This document shows positions 12,005-25,865 of a stretch of DNA of 64,000 nucleotides, one piece after another. Each line of letters opens with the position of its first letter. Position 1 is the stretch's first letter. A model generated the notes under the pieces. The model ran no database searches and had not been told where the DNA came from. It saw only the letters and a list, made by a program, of their open reading frames with translations. Position numbers and translations under genes: made by a program. Source of the stretch: Octopus sinensis (lineage: Eukaryota); the NCBI RefSeq assembly GCF_006345805.1, contig NC_042997.1, forward strand, positions 62,558,001-62,622,000, given 5' to 3'.

Positions 12005-12260
12005 TCACACAATGAAAAACAGACACATTAACAAACAGTTAGAAGAGAAGGCAAGTGAACAAGATGGAGGAATAGGTCAACAGTTCAGTACAATTAAAAA
12101 ATTTGAAAAATAAGTGAAACATGACAAATTGTGAAATAATCATTTTATTTTCAAAATTAGTTAAGAAATTTGCTGCTTTTCATGCATCTCTATGGTACTT
12201 TATTGCTGGAGTTTAAGGTTAATTTTTCATATTATATTTTTTCTTCAAAAATCAATTTAC

Positions 12261-12464
12261 AATTTGAATTTAACGAGATCGATGGGTTTAAGGGGATCTT
12301 TTTCTGAGTCACCTAATCTAAGCAGTTTCTTTTGTACTTTCTCCTGACTTGTATCTATTCCAATCTGTTCCAGTGCTTCACGAACTACTTTCCGTGTTAC
12401 ATCTCTGAGACTATCATCTCCGTATCTCAAAAGCTCGTAGGTCCGAAGGCGGTCAAATCTTGAG
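12261..12464 (-). CDS. Candidate internal coding exon of an unidentified host gene
   Basis: ttttttag acceptor, gtaaat donor, 204 nt, phase 2-2, open: SRFDRLRTYELLRYGDDSLRDVTRKVVREALEQIGIDTSQEKVQKKLLRLGDSEKDPLKPIDLVKFK; not repeat-like. Confidence 0.65.
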
Positions 12465-13769
12465 CTAAAAAACAACCAAAATGAGTTTTATTGTTTTAGA
12501 AATTTCTTAATCAAAAACAAAAATTAATCCAATGGAAATTCTACATGGTTACTCAGCTTGCTGAAAATAGCTACTTAGAAACACCCTCTAGAAGCACACT
12601 CTACCATATTAAGATTGTAAACATCTCCGTTCAACAATTTTCTCATTAGATATATAGACCAACGTTAAGGTCAAGAGGGGAATATTTTTTGCTATAGGTC
12701 AACTCGATCAGAGCATGCCGTGAGTTAAATTATGTTGATAATTTTAAGAAAGCTATCAATGAATGAATCAATCTTTTAGGAGAGATTGCATATATAACGG
12801 AGTGGCACTATCGGTGTACTAGACATCGTCTAGAGAGTCGAAGTGTTCTCTCAGAAATATATTTTAACCAAGTAGAATACTTTTTTAAATGCATTTTCCA
12901 AAGAAAAATTGTTGGGATCAAAATACCATTAGAACGTAGTGTTTCTAATAAGAAACGTGACTAATCCACAAGGTCCAATCAAATTTCATTTTACGAGTCC
13001 TCATCTACTTAAGTAATTTCCATAAATCTTAACATATGACCACTAGTCTACGCAAACATCTAAAAGGAAGGACATGTTGAATGGGATAGTATATGATAAT
13101 AACTGAGTGTAAAATTTACTTCTGTTCTATTAAAATAACCATTTCAAAAAATATGAGAGAACGTTTTAACATTCAGTAAAAGAGAAATATGAGGCACTGA
13201 TATAAATGAACAACGGTGAGTCGGGTTTGTGTTTCAAGGTTGTATAACCGATTAGCTTCTGGAAAGTGGTGTAGTAAAGAAATTGAAGAAAAAACAAACA
13301 AAATAAACTATAAAGGCATTGGAGCGGTAAAAAGAGAATGGTGCGATGCACAAAATGCATTTCAGTATTTAGCTATGTCCCTTTTGCAAATACTAGCAAT
13401 CATTATGGTTAGATTGTGGTTGGATTAGGGCAAGAATGTCAGATTGCTTGACTTAATGTGTCGAAATCATTGCAGCTGTGAGTTGTGTCTCATTTTCTAT
13501 TTCAGTAATGATTATGCACGGAAAGCATACCGTGGACTTAGATATCCACCAGATGATCAATGCCACACAGTGAAAAACAAACAAGGCCTAGATCCAGTGT
13601 CAAACCCAATCGAGACGACTGAGTAAACTTTTATGTGAGGACAAGGACTGTTGTGGTATTCAGTAAAGAATTTTACTCATCTGTACCACAGGAATTTGAT
13701 TTTTTTCATTTGATCGGCTATCCCCATAGCTTTGGAAGAATTGATTCACTGAACAATATACCCTTCCCC

Positions 13770-13979
13770 TAAACGCAGAGGGGACAAACAAGGACAGACA
13801 AACGGATTAAGTCGATTACATCGACCCCAGTGCGTAACTGGTACTTAATTTATCGATCCCAAAATGATGAAAGGCAAAGTCGACCTCGGCGGAATTTGAA
13901 CTCAGAACGTAACGGCAGACGAAATACTGCTACGCATTTCGCCCGGCGTGCTAACGTTTCTGCCAGCTCGCCGCCTTAT
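13770..13979 (-). mobile_element. tRNA-derived SINE with 20-bp target-site duplication
   Basis: TGAACAATATACCCTTCCCC at 13750-13769 and 13980-13999; same family at ~30220-30565, ~40520-40665 and ~41625. Confidence 0.9.
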
Positions 13980-14038
13980 TGAACAATATACCCTTCCCCA
14001 CTAATCTTCTGCAAAATTTAGTGTAAAGAAGTACTTAC

Positions 14039-14124
14039 TCGAATTTTGGAGTTGTATAGAACTTGATGAATTCATCCATGGTCACTTCTTTACTCCCATA
14101 CTCATCCATAGCATTAGATGCATC
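14039..14124 (-). CDS. Candidate coding exon with EF-hand-like loop
   Basis: T-rich tract then aag acceptor, gtaagt donor; DASNAMDEYGSKEVTMDEFIKFYTTPKF; ends in phase 2, compatible with exon 12261-12464. Confidence 0.6.
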
Positions 14125-14229
14125 CTTTTAAATAAAATAAATAAAATGAAAAACATTTACCAGAAATCAGGTTTGTAGTTTCCCCTCTCTCTCTCTCCAT
14201 CTCTCTCACTCTCTCTCTCCCTCTCTCCA

Positions 14230-14270
<41 letters not shown>

Positions 14271-14306
14271 AATCTTATTGAAGTTGTTGTTTAGTTCAAG
14301 CTCAAC

Positions 14307-14420
14307 TTTCCTTGAAGATCCTTTGCTAGCCTTCAACAAAGCGTCCGATAAAGGCGAGGGAGCCGAAATATCAAAGTCACAGTCCACCGTATTTCTTGTA
14401 AAAGTTAATAAGCATGTAAT
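14307..14420 (-). CDS. Candidate coding exon (weak donor)
   Basis: tgctttgtag acceptor; open ITCLLTFTRNTVDCDFDISAPSPLSDALLKASKGSSRK; the phase-0 donor gttgag is weak, so the boundary is uncertain. Confidence 0.35.
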
Positions 14421-14501
14421 CTACAAAGCATAATTGAGTAATCCTAATGTTTAATGTCAAATTGTTTTTATATAATTTGACATTATAAAATCCATGCTTG
14501 C

Positions 14502-14612
14502 CCTCGTCAGAGGCTGTGATGATGGCGAATAAACTGGAACTTCAAAGTCCCTTTCCACCTGTTCCTTGTGAAATTCGTTAACCAGGTAATTTACCAAGCA
14601 TTTTGAGTAACC
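14502..14612 (-). CDS. Candidate coding exon with GC-type donor
   Basis: 111 nt open, GYSKCLVNYLVNEFHKEQVERDFEVPVYSPSSQPLTR; donor AGG/gcaagc; poor polypyrimidine tract. Confidence 0.35.
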
Positions 14613-15141
14613 CTTCAGTTTAGTGTTAAGTTATATTTTATATAACATGACATTAATAGAGAGAGGTGAGAAAAGAGGAGAGAGAAAGAAAGATTTGTGT
14701 ATGTGCTTGTGTGCGCGCGCGCAATTGCGTGTGTGTGAGTGTGTGTAACCGATTTTATATATATATATATTAGCAGAGATACCCAGCGTTGCTCGGGATT
14801 AAAATGACATAGTTTTTTTATTTACTTGCTTTGGTCATGTGACTGCGGCCGTGCTGGAGCACCATCTTTAGTCGAAAAAACTGACGACTGGATTTAATGT
14901 TTATAAGCATAGTACTTACTCTATCGGTGTGTTTTGCAAATGCCTAAGTTATGGGGACGTAAACACAGCAACATCGGTAATAAAGTGATGGTGGGAGTAC
15001 AAAGACAGACACAGACACACAAACACACACATATATATGCATACATATATACATATATAAATATATACATATATATATATATATACATAAAAGTACATAT
15101 ATACATACATATATATCTACATCTATATACATATCTATGTA

Positions 15142-15202
<61 letters not shown>

Positions 15203-15236
15203 TATATATATATGTACGTATGCATATATATATGGG

Positions 15237-15312
<76 letters not shown>

Positions 15313-15405
15313 ATAAGGGGTAAAATTAATTAATCAATTAATAATTAATAACTTTACCAAGTAGCTCGGTATGTTAAAAGAACCATTATCGGTAACCTTA
15401 TACAA

Positions 15406-15644
15406 AAATTCTATAATTATAAGCATAATTATAATTAGGGTTCCGCAAAAATTGCTTTACCACCTACCGAAATTTAGAAATAGCAGTTAAATACCATTCC
15501 ACTACCATAAGTTGAGAGTATTACTGTCTGGGAGATATCTTATAGTAGTGGAATAATATTTAACAGCTATTTCTAAATTTCGGTATGTGGTGAAGCAATT
15601 TTTACTGAACCCTCGTTATAATTATGCTTATAATTATAGAATTT
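15406..15644. repeat. Inverted repeat, ~105-bp arms
   Basis: 15406-15511 is the reverse complement of 15539-15644 with roughly ten mismatches by eye. Confidence 0.85.
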
Positions 15645-16509
15645 GTGTGTGTGTGTGTGTGTGTTTGAGACAATTATTCGGTAGCCATGATAAAACTCCG
15701 AGTTTCGTATGTTGGGGCGGAAACCCACGCCGGCATCTCTTCAGTTATCGGACCATCAAAAAAGTGCTATGAAAATAACCGTTAAAAAAAGGAAATTACT
15801 GTGTGGTTGACATTATTAAAACAAAAGAGCTATTAGAATGACCGCTAAGTAAGGGAAGGAGTAAAGGTAAGGGAGTAAAACTGTCCATAGCAATCGCGTA
15901 AGCGCGCATGTCCATACATACACATGCGCGCCCGCACACCCACGTACATGTGCCTATATATATATATATACATGCTCACCCACACATTCGCCAAAAACAT
16001 ATATATATATATATACATACCCGTATACACGCTCGCACACACACACACACACGCGCGAACAAAAGCGGTTCATATGCGCGTCTATATACGCACATGCACA
16101 AGAAAAAACAAGGCTAAAGGCAAAATACAGAAAAATGTGTAAAACAGTGTAAAAAATAAGGAATAAGAATAAAAAGTAAAGGAGTAAATATGTTTATGGC
16201 GAACGCGTATGTGCGCATGTCTATACATACACATGCGCGCACGCACACCCACATACATGTGCCTATATATAATATATATATATATACTCATCCACCCTCA
16301 CTTGAAACACACACATGCTCACCCACACATTCGCCAAAAGCAAGATGGAAAAAATAGTACTCGAATACCGGAGGTAGGGTAATATGCTTTATTAAAAAAG
16401 CTGCAAAGACATCACATAAACTACTACTCAGTTTTACGTTCCCGTTCGGCGGACAGTTTTGGTTTAGAATATATGTATATATATGTGTGTATGTGTGTGT
16501 GTGTGTGTG

Positions 16510-16552
<43 letters not shown>

Positions 16553-16859
16553 TGTGTGTGAAAAAATGAGTAGGGATGGCTTTTGGTGGGGATATTTTAT
16601 ATGTTAATGATAACGTTTACACTTACTCTAATGAGTTTCGAGCTTTTCGAAAGCCGTTTTCGAACTAAAATTCAGATTTTTCTTTCAAGTATACAAATAA
16701 AGAATTAAAATAGGAAATAAAAGATAGAAAAAAATGAGAAATAAAGAATATAAAAACTAATATAAAATATAAAATTATGAAAAAAGAAGAAAAGAAAAAG
16801 AAAGGAAAGAAAGGAAAAGTAGTAGGTAAGAAGACATACTCTACTCTTACTCTTTACTC

Positions 16860-17490
<631 letters not shown>

Positions 17491-17809
17491 ACCTATATAT
17501 ATATATATATAAATTATATAATTAGGGCTTAGTAAAATAAATTACTTTGCCACATACTGAACTTAGTAGAAATAGCAGCCAAAAAAATTTTCTTAGCATT
17601 TCTACTACTTAAAAGAAAATTTCTCTCAGATAATGTTTACTCCAGACAGCCCACGAAGGTTTGGAGGTAAATACAGAAAAATATCACAAGTACATAGATC
17701 GTTTGAGTACGTCAACGTTTCAAGATTAGCCAAATAAAATCAGCATTTCTTTCGTCAGCTCAAAATTTCTTAATTTGGATTTGGAAACACTAAAAAGAAG
17801 GAACTTTAC

Positions 17810-17917
17810 CTATCAGCGAACTTGTCGCTTCAGATGAACCACTCCAACTAACAGTATCAACAAATTCAAAATGCGCAGGCGTAAATCTCTGCAATCCCCT
17901 TCCACCACGTGGTCTAT
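17810..17917 (-). CDS. Candidate coding exon
   Basis: gtttgctag acceptor, AG/gtaaag donor, 108 nt, phase 1-1, one open frame RPRGGRGLQRFTPAHFEFVDTVSWSGSSEATSSLI. Phase does not join directly to 14612. Confidence 0.45.
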
Positions 17918-18101
17918 CTAGCAAACATTATATTTTAACCGCGAGAACCGAGGCAGTATGACCGAGAGAAATGAATTTAGTAAGCCCTAATTATATAATG
18001 TAATATTTTGAATTCGCCTTAAATGGTCCTTTTACATACTGAACACTTGGTGAAATTGATTAATTAATTAATTTTACCCTCAATTGTTGATATATATATA
18101 T

Positions 18102-18141
<40 letters not shown>

Positions 18142-18329
18142 CTCATGTATATATGTACACATGCACACCCATATATACGTGTATCTGTATGTATTATCAC
18201 CCCTGTATACGCAGATATACATACATACATACATACATATATACATACATACATACATACATACATACATACATACATACATACATACATACATACACAC
18301 ACATACATACATACACACATACAGAGATG

Positions 18330-18600
18330 TGTTGTTTGAGCCTGGTGTTGGGGGTCTATTCTATTTGTTGGTCTATCATCTATTCTATTATGGTCCAAAT
18401 TGGTCCATACAGGGCTTCTCTACCGAAGTCAACGCTCAACCTGCAAACCTTACTTCATGGAGGCACTTCACATATTAAAGCACAACTCTCCAGCACTGCT
18501 AACTACACATAATGAGGCACTAAGCACTTGCAACCACCGCTTTTTCACATATTCAAATTCTACCACAAATTCTAATGTCTAGATGACCATACAGTATATT
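18330..18600 (+). mobile_element. PLE 3' coding remnant
   Basis: [14 protein letters not shown] resembles the terminal motif after PLE GIY-YIG domains. Confidence 0.45.
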
Positions 18601-18629
18601 TCCACAATACCCCTTAGGTAATCCCAATA

Positions 18630-18706
<77 letters not shown>

Positions 18707-19361
18707 ATATATATTATATATATAAATCTATGTAAGTGTGCGTATTTTCCTTTTTTAATTATATATATATATAAGTATGAAATTTGTAGAAAAGAAAAAG
18801 ATTTTGCTAATGTTTTATAAATACAAGGAATAGTTTTATTCATCAAAGTATGCACCCGTATTGTCAATACACTTTTGCCATTTCAGCTTGTTCTGTAAAA
18901 GTCTGGCAATCTAGAGTCAATAATATCTTGGAAGGTCTGTTTTATAGCGTCGTCGGAATTAAATTTGTTTCCTATAAAAAAGTTATCCAAGTTCTGGATG
19001 AAGTGGTGGTCAGTGGGGGCAAGATCGGGTGAGTATGGTGGATAATTGTAGAATAATAAATTTGTACTCCGCTAAATGTACTGAGTAATCAATCAGTTTA
19101 ATATAAATATGTTTTTAATATACACATACATATATACTGAAAAAAATGAATAGAAATGGCTTTTCTGATAATTTTTACACTTTAATAATGAGATGTTTAT
19201 AATTTATTAGGTATTTATAAAAGGTGACATTGATGGTACTTCTCGCTTGCAAGCCGTTTTCAAACTGATATTTTAGAGTTTATTATCCGCTGTTTGAATA
19301 GGGAGTGTTTATTTACAAACATACACACATACTAACACTAACGCACACACACAAACACATG

Positions 19362-19401
<40 letters not shown>

Positions 19402-19474
19402 TATAGCCATACATAAGCACATTTATAGAGATGTACACACACAAACATTTTTTTCGCCCTTTTTCAAGCCTAAC

Positions 19475-19752
19475 CAGGCTCATGAGCCCGGTTTCCCGGT
19501 TTCTGTGGTGTATGTGTTCCCCAGCTGGACGGGACGCCAGTCCAGCGCAGCGTTACTCAAGAAACAGGAAGAGAGAGTGAGAGAAAGTTGGGGCAAAAGA
19601 GTACAACAGGGGTCGCCACCACCCCCTGTCGGAGCCTCGTGGAGCTTTAGGTGTTTTCGCTCAATGAACACACACAACACCCGGTCTGGGAATCGAAACC
19701 GCGATCCTCCGACCGCAAATCCGCTGCCCTAACCACTGGGCCATTGCACCTC
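19475..19752 (-). mobile_element. tRNA-derived SINE (third family)
   Basis: Minus strand TGGCCCAGTGGTTAGGGC (A box), GGTTTCGATTCCC (B box), then a non-tRNA body. Confidence 0.8.
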
Positions 19753-19892
19753 CCACACAAACATATACACACACAAAAACATAGGACCATACACATATTC
19801 ACACGCAGAGAAGCAACAAACATACAAATACGTGGATTCATTCACATATATTAATACATAAATTCATGCACACATAAACACTTATGTATACA

Positions 19893-22795
19893 ACTCAGGG
19901 AAACTAAACCAGAATAACCTGCCATCCTCTACACACCATCATAAACTGCAAGCAGAATACAAATTGTTGTCCTTAAATGCTCGCAGTTTATGCAACAAAA
20001 TACATTTGTTCAACTCCTACGTCAGAAGTATTGACCCTGACTTCATCACTGTCACGGAAACATGGGCACATTCCTTACTCTGTGATAGGGTTTTCAACAT
20101 TACTGGGTACAACCTCTTCCGCAAGGACCACATTAACCGCCGTGGTGGTGGTGTGATGGTCTACGTTCGTTCAAATTTTTCGGTAATTCCTTGTGCTGAT
20201 TTGAACGAATCGCAAGAAGTTTTTTTCTGTGACGTACGTATGACCATGTCAACACTCCTGCTTGGCGTTGTTTATCGTCCCCCAAATTACCATCAAGACA
20301 CACAGCTTTGCGATATCCTCCGAGCTGCTGCCAGGAAAACAGCCACTTATGTTTTTATTGCAGGCGATTTCAATCATCCTGAGATCAATTGGGAAACCTT
20401 CCATTGGCCACAGAGTGCAAACGATTTCGTTGAGCTTGTACTGGACTCAAACTGGTCACAAGTAGTCACCTCTCCAACAAGAGGCGACAACACCTTGGAC
20501 CTGCTCTTCACCACAACTCCTGAAGCGGTTATCAATTGTACTACGGAGGAACCTCTAGGCGACTCTGATCATGCTATGATCATCGCCAATCTGTCTCTTG
20601 CGGGCAACAACAAAAACCTGAACCATCTCCAATCTGCTTCCTTCGATTGGAAGAGAGCAGATTGGAACCTGTACCACACTGAATTACAGCACCCAAACTG
20701 GCGTGAATTCTACAACTCTGGAGATGTGAATACTATACTCCAGAGTATCCTGGACTCAATATGGGCAGCATGTGCAGCATCAGTGCCACGTAAACAGAAA
20801 AAGAAGAACCGCCCCAAAAGTGCAATTTGGGAAACTTCAGCAGTCCGACTTGCCAGGAAGGAACGTCGGACTGCTGAACGGGAATACAAGTTGCATAAAT
20901 CAGACACCAACAGGAAAAAGCGGAATAAATCTTCCAACCATCTCAAGCAAGTGACAAAAAAAGCAGTGCTTGAATTTGAACAGTGCATAGCAGCCAATCC
21001 TGACAGCAAGGTTTTCTGGAAATATGTGCATTCGAAGCAGAGACCTCAATCTCCAGTGGGCCCTCTTCGCAACCCTCACACAAACCAGATCATTGACGAT
21101 CCCAAGGAATGCGCAGAACTCATTGCCGAGTGCTATGCAAACATATTCACTGTTGAAAATCAAAATGTACCATCTTCACCATCTCTAACAGCAAATTCCA
21201 TAACAACTATGGAATTTACACCTGCAATGCTGCGACGTCACCTTCAAAATAAGCGCAACTATGCCTCTCCTGGTCTTGATGGAGTTACATACCTGCTTCT
21301 CAAACGTGGCAGGTACTTCCTTTTACACCAGCTTTCTATTTGTTTCCAGTACTGTCTCAACAATGGTGCTACTCCGGAGCAGTGGAAAACTGCCAGTGTC
21401 ATTCCTCTGTTAAAAAAGGGCGACCGCACATCACCTGTCAACTATCGCCCAGTCAGTCTCACTATCTGTATTGCAAAACTGATGGAATCGTGTGTCAGAG
21501 AAACACTTTGGAACTTCTGGAACTCTCACAGTCTCATCCGACCCTCACAATATGGATTTGTTCCTAACTCCAGCTGCAGTGATCAGCTTGTCGAGTTCCT
21601 TGAGGACGTTACTCAGATCACTGACAGTGGCTCATGGGTGGATGTTGTCTACCTTGACTTTGCTAAGGCTTTCAACTCTGTGCCACACAAAAGGCTTATG
21701 GTGAAACTCTCTGCAATGGGTGTGAGGGATGATCTTTTTAACTGGTTGAAATCCTTCATTCTCAGCCGAAAGGAGGTAGTCACAGTTCTAGGACAGCATT
21801 CTACACCATATGAGATGTCATCGGGTGTACCACAGGGATCTGTCCTTGGTCCCCTCTTGTTTGTGGCATACATTAATGACATAGATGCCAATTTAAAGAA
21901 TGCCACAGTATTGAAATATGCAGACGACATCAAGCTGTACCTTGAAATCAAGAGGACAGATCCTGTTGTCTACATCTCTTTCCTGCAATCAGACCTGGAC
22001 ACAATGCAGCAATAGATCACAGACTGGCAACTGAAACTGGCTGTGGACAAGTGTACCACCATGCATTTTGGGAGAAAAATCCCTGCGTCCACATACTCCC
22101 TCCACAACACTGATATCAAGAAATCTTCTTGCGAGCGTGACCTAGGCATCACTGTCAGCAGTGATTTGCGTTGGACAAAGCATATCTCTAAAATTGTCAA
22201 GAAGGCCGAGGGTGTCTTGGCATCAGTCAGCAAGACTTTTGTTAGCCGCTCTCCAGCCATCTATTTAAAACTGTATACAGCTATGGTACGACCACACTTG
22301 GAATTCGCATCATCAGTTTGGAACCCCTATCTTGACCTCCTGGAATCTGTTCAGAGACTTGCAACCAAACGCATACCCTCCATCAGACACCTACCATACT
22401 CTGAGCGCCTTGTTTCCCTGGGCATGGATTCACTGAAGCTCCGGCGTCTGGCGATGGACTTGGTAAACACCCACAAAATTATCAACCACCTCACCAACAA
22501 AAACACTGAACACCTTTTTGATCTCCATGTGTCTAACACGCGTGGACATGCCTACAAAGTCAGAAAACAACACAGCTCCCATGACTTTCGGAAACATTTT
22601 TTCACGCTCAGAGTTGCTGAAGCATGGAACAAACTGCCTGCGTCAGTTGTTGACTGCCATGACACTGCATCCTTTAAGGCCCTCATGCTTTCCGAAATCC
22701 GCCGAAACTACACCTGATTATACATACACTTTAGATGAATTGTAGTGCACCTGAGCACTATACACAATGTTTTATTATATTATATTATTATTATA
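19893..22795 (+). mobile_element. CR1-type LINE, 5'-truncated, with near-intact ORF2
   Basis: LNARSL, VTETW, GVVYRPP, GDFNHP, TLDLL, SDH (APE); GVPQGSVLGPLLF, YADDIKL (RT); RTRGH-like NTRGH and FFTLRVAEAWNKLP C-terminus; short 3' UTR and (ATT)n tail. 5' boundary approximate. Confidence 0.95.
19964..22717 (+). pseudogene. LINE ORF2 (APE endonuclease plus reverse transcriptase), one in-frame stop
   Basis: ORFs 19964-22015 and 22043-22717 are in the same frame, separated only by TAG at 22013-22015 (context MQQ*ITDWQL). Confidence 0.9.
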
Positions 22796-22817
22796 CTAAT
22801 TCTCCTTCCCACCTCTC

Positions 22818-22861
<44 letters not shown>

Positions 22862-22956
22862 TAATCCAAACAAGAAAGCACAAAAAACACAACAACGCGA
22901 GGACGTTGAACAAATATAGTATTATTGGACGCTCAGGATAGAAGGAAAGAAGGAGG

Positions 22957-22991
22957 GTTTAACGTTTCGAGCGGAGCTCTTCGTCGGAAAC
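22957..22991 (-). ncRNA. Minimal hammerhead motif in a PLE-type repeat (U4 to C)
   Basis: Minus: GTTT-CCGACGA-A-GAGC-tcc-GCTC-GAAA-CG-TT-AAAC; stem I 4 bp, palindromic stem III. Confidence 0.6.
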
Positions 22992-23649
22992 ATAGGAAAA
23001 GGAAAGATCCAGAGAAGGTAAGACAGAGGGAAAAAAATCGCCAACGGTACACACGAGGTCACATTGTAAGAATATATGTATGAATATATGTGAATGAATA
23101 CATGTATTTGTGTGTTAGTTGTTTCTCTGCGTCTGTATATGTGTACGGTCCTATGCTTTTGTCTGGTTAATTATGTTATCACTTTTGCTTGGTCCTAGGT
23201 CACATCAGATGATCAAGCACGCCTATTATGACAGGCAAATCAGCCATGTTTATCCTTTTTTTTTTCATCCTTAAAATATATTTGAATAAAATTTGACTGT
23301 CATTTCTCCCTAGTTGAGTAGTCGCATAAGATCCACACATTTGGCTCTTTCGAAGCATGCACTGTAGCATAGCAAAGAAGTGATTAGGCAGGCCGCTTGC
23401 CCCTGGTGAGTCTTTTATATGAGAGCGGCAATTTTGGAACTGTTGTATAGCGCATAGACAGCTTATACAGGGGAAGTGCAAACTCAGGGCCTATCTCTAG
23501 GCGGCACACGCACACTCATGCATAAATGCTGCTAATATTGGGCGTGAATGCTGTTACTGCTTTTGATCCCTACACATATAATGCTTATATATATACATAT
23601 ATATATTTAATGCGTATATATATATATACATCATGTGTGCATTATGTCG

Positions 23650-23745
23650 TCGGTTGAGCATATCTCAGTCCGGTCCGGGAATCGAACTCATTACCTCTTG
23701 GTTGTGAGCCCGATGCTCTTACCACTGGGCCATTCGCCTTCACAC
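23650..23745 (-). mobile_element. tRNA-derived SINE head
   Basis: Minus: TGGCCCAGTGGTAAGAGC ... GAGTTCGATTCCC; same family as 680-830. Confidence 0.7.
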
Positions 23746-24188
23746 ACGTATTTAGATGTACAGTTTATATATCAATGAATGGTCATATCAAGAACATTTT
23801 TAAAAAGAGTTTATTTTGTATTTTCCTTGAAGATTGAAGTCTGATCCTTTTTCATATTAAAAGTATTTGAATATAGAACTGTGACATCTCACTTTGCAAC
23901 TTCTTGGAAAAATTACTGATATAAGTAGCTCAAGCGGACTCATGACCTGGTTTCATGATTCTGACAGTAGTAATTACCAGCATAGTAGTCATGGGTGAGA
24001 AGATATGCATTAACTTCAATAAAGAATTTCATGAAGCGTAGTAGGTAATCTAAAATTTTATCAATGACCAATATTTAACTTCCATTATGAAAACTCATCG
24101 TCGTAACCGACTGAGTGTCACTTAATATATAGGGATATTAATGAAAGTTTATATCATTTTATATGCAGGATATGTTTCACATTAAGTA

Positions 24189-24220
<32 letters not shown>

Positions 24221-25800
24221 TCATTCACTCACACACAGATCTTTCAGATAGATAGACAGACACACACACACACTCACACACACACACGCGCGCGCGCATA
24301 TGTATGTGCAAGTACTTAGAAATTTTTGCTTTGCTACCCTGGTGCGCATTTATCCAACCAGTCTGGCTTGAACTGTAAACCGTGGTGAAGGCAACTAGAC
24401 CCAGGAGATGAAGAAATTTAACGGAAAAACTAGTGATAAGTTGTTTATTAAGCTTCTGGTGAACATTTTGTCGCCTACATTGGTGGGTGGCCCGAAGCAG
24501 CTCTGTGTCTTGGTGGAAGAAGCCGAAACACCTACAGAGTTACTTCACCCCATTATAAGACACCAACTCTTATGTTTGGAAGAGACGTGTTCCCCTAACT
24601 CTTTAAACCCGGAGTCATTGCGTGTTTGCACCACCTGCTAGAGTAAGCTGAAAATCTCCTTCAATCGGCCTCGTTTTTATTTAAAAAAAAAAGAAAAATG
24701 ATCACATTGGTAGATCAATTCCAAATTCACCTATACTTGAAATAAAATGTCTGGAACGCATTATATCTTTGATTTGCTCAATTAGAGCTGACATGGTTTG
24801 AAACCCAACAATCTCTCATTTGGTAAGTATCTGCAGTTTCGCAGAATTCAGTATTGCGGTTATATAATGTTGAAGATATTTGAAAGATGCCCCAATGTTA
24901 AGGGTGATGCAGAAAGACATTTCCGAAGCTGCAATTAATGAAGTTTGGAGAAATTTGATGTTAAGTGGTGGACTGTGTGTGGACGTGCCGTTCTATGCTA
25001 GGTTAATGCTGGGTGAAAGAGTGTTTTGGCTACATGAGGGTATAAGACGTAGGAGAGTAAATTTTCAATAGATTCCAATTACACATGAACGCACGCGTGC
25101 GAGTGTATGTACGTGCGTGCGTGCGTACGTGCGTGCATATGTATGTATGTATGTATGTATAGATGTATGTGTGTATATACGTGATATCGAAGAGGTTGTA
25201 GATCATTGTCTTCTTGAGTTTATAGACAGACCAATGAAAGCGGAAACTCCTTGCCCTATTCATATATCCTCACAATAAAATAAAAATAGCAAATCAAATT
25301 AAAATAGAAATATAAGAGATACAAAGAGGACTTTATTCCCCAATAGTGAACTTTTTTCCAGCAGTAAATTAGACCAGTATTTCTCAAAGTGATTCACATG
25401 AAAAAAAAATGATAAGAATTTATTTTATAAACGAAAGGTATTCGTTATTTTCTGAGTACTGTTATATGTTTTAGATACAAATAGATATGTTCTCTAACCC
25501 CTAACTTGATGACATTAAAATTAAGGCGGCAACAGATGAGCGTAAAATGTTGACATGGAGTCCTCAATTTTGGAAAATTGCAGAAGTTTTTCGCAGAAAA
25601 AAATTCAGTTTGGAAACTGCTAAATTACAGCACTTGCTTATTCACAATTAAATGAATGATCAGTTCGACATGTGTGTTCATTATTAACTTCTTTCTCCCC
25701 CATCGATAATTCCTGTTATTAACATATATATTGTATATAAATACACAGACGCGCACGCACAAACACACTCGCACACACACACAGACACACAGACACACAA

Positions 25801-25842
<42 letters not shown>

Positions 25843-25865
25843 GCATGATACATCTATCCATATAC

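Noticed and set aside
14125-14160. 36-nt GT-AG intron joining the ER-repeat ORF to the next exon
   Set aside because: Very short, and phases are incompatible (2 versus 0).
22013-22015. Programmed readthrough or selenocysteine at single in-frame stops (also 51833-51835)
   Set aside because: Both are explained by single transitions (TGG to TAG, CGA to TGA); no recoding signal seen, and TAG is not a Sec codon.
23314-23404. Plus-strand exon-like segment (tttctccctag ... CTG/gtgagt)
   Set aside because: Stops in all three frames; only a non-coding exon remains possible and there is no support for it.
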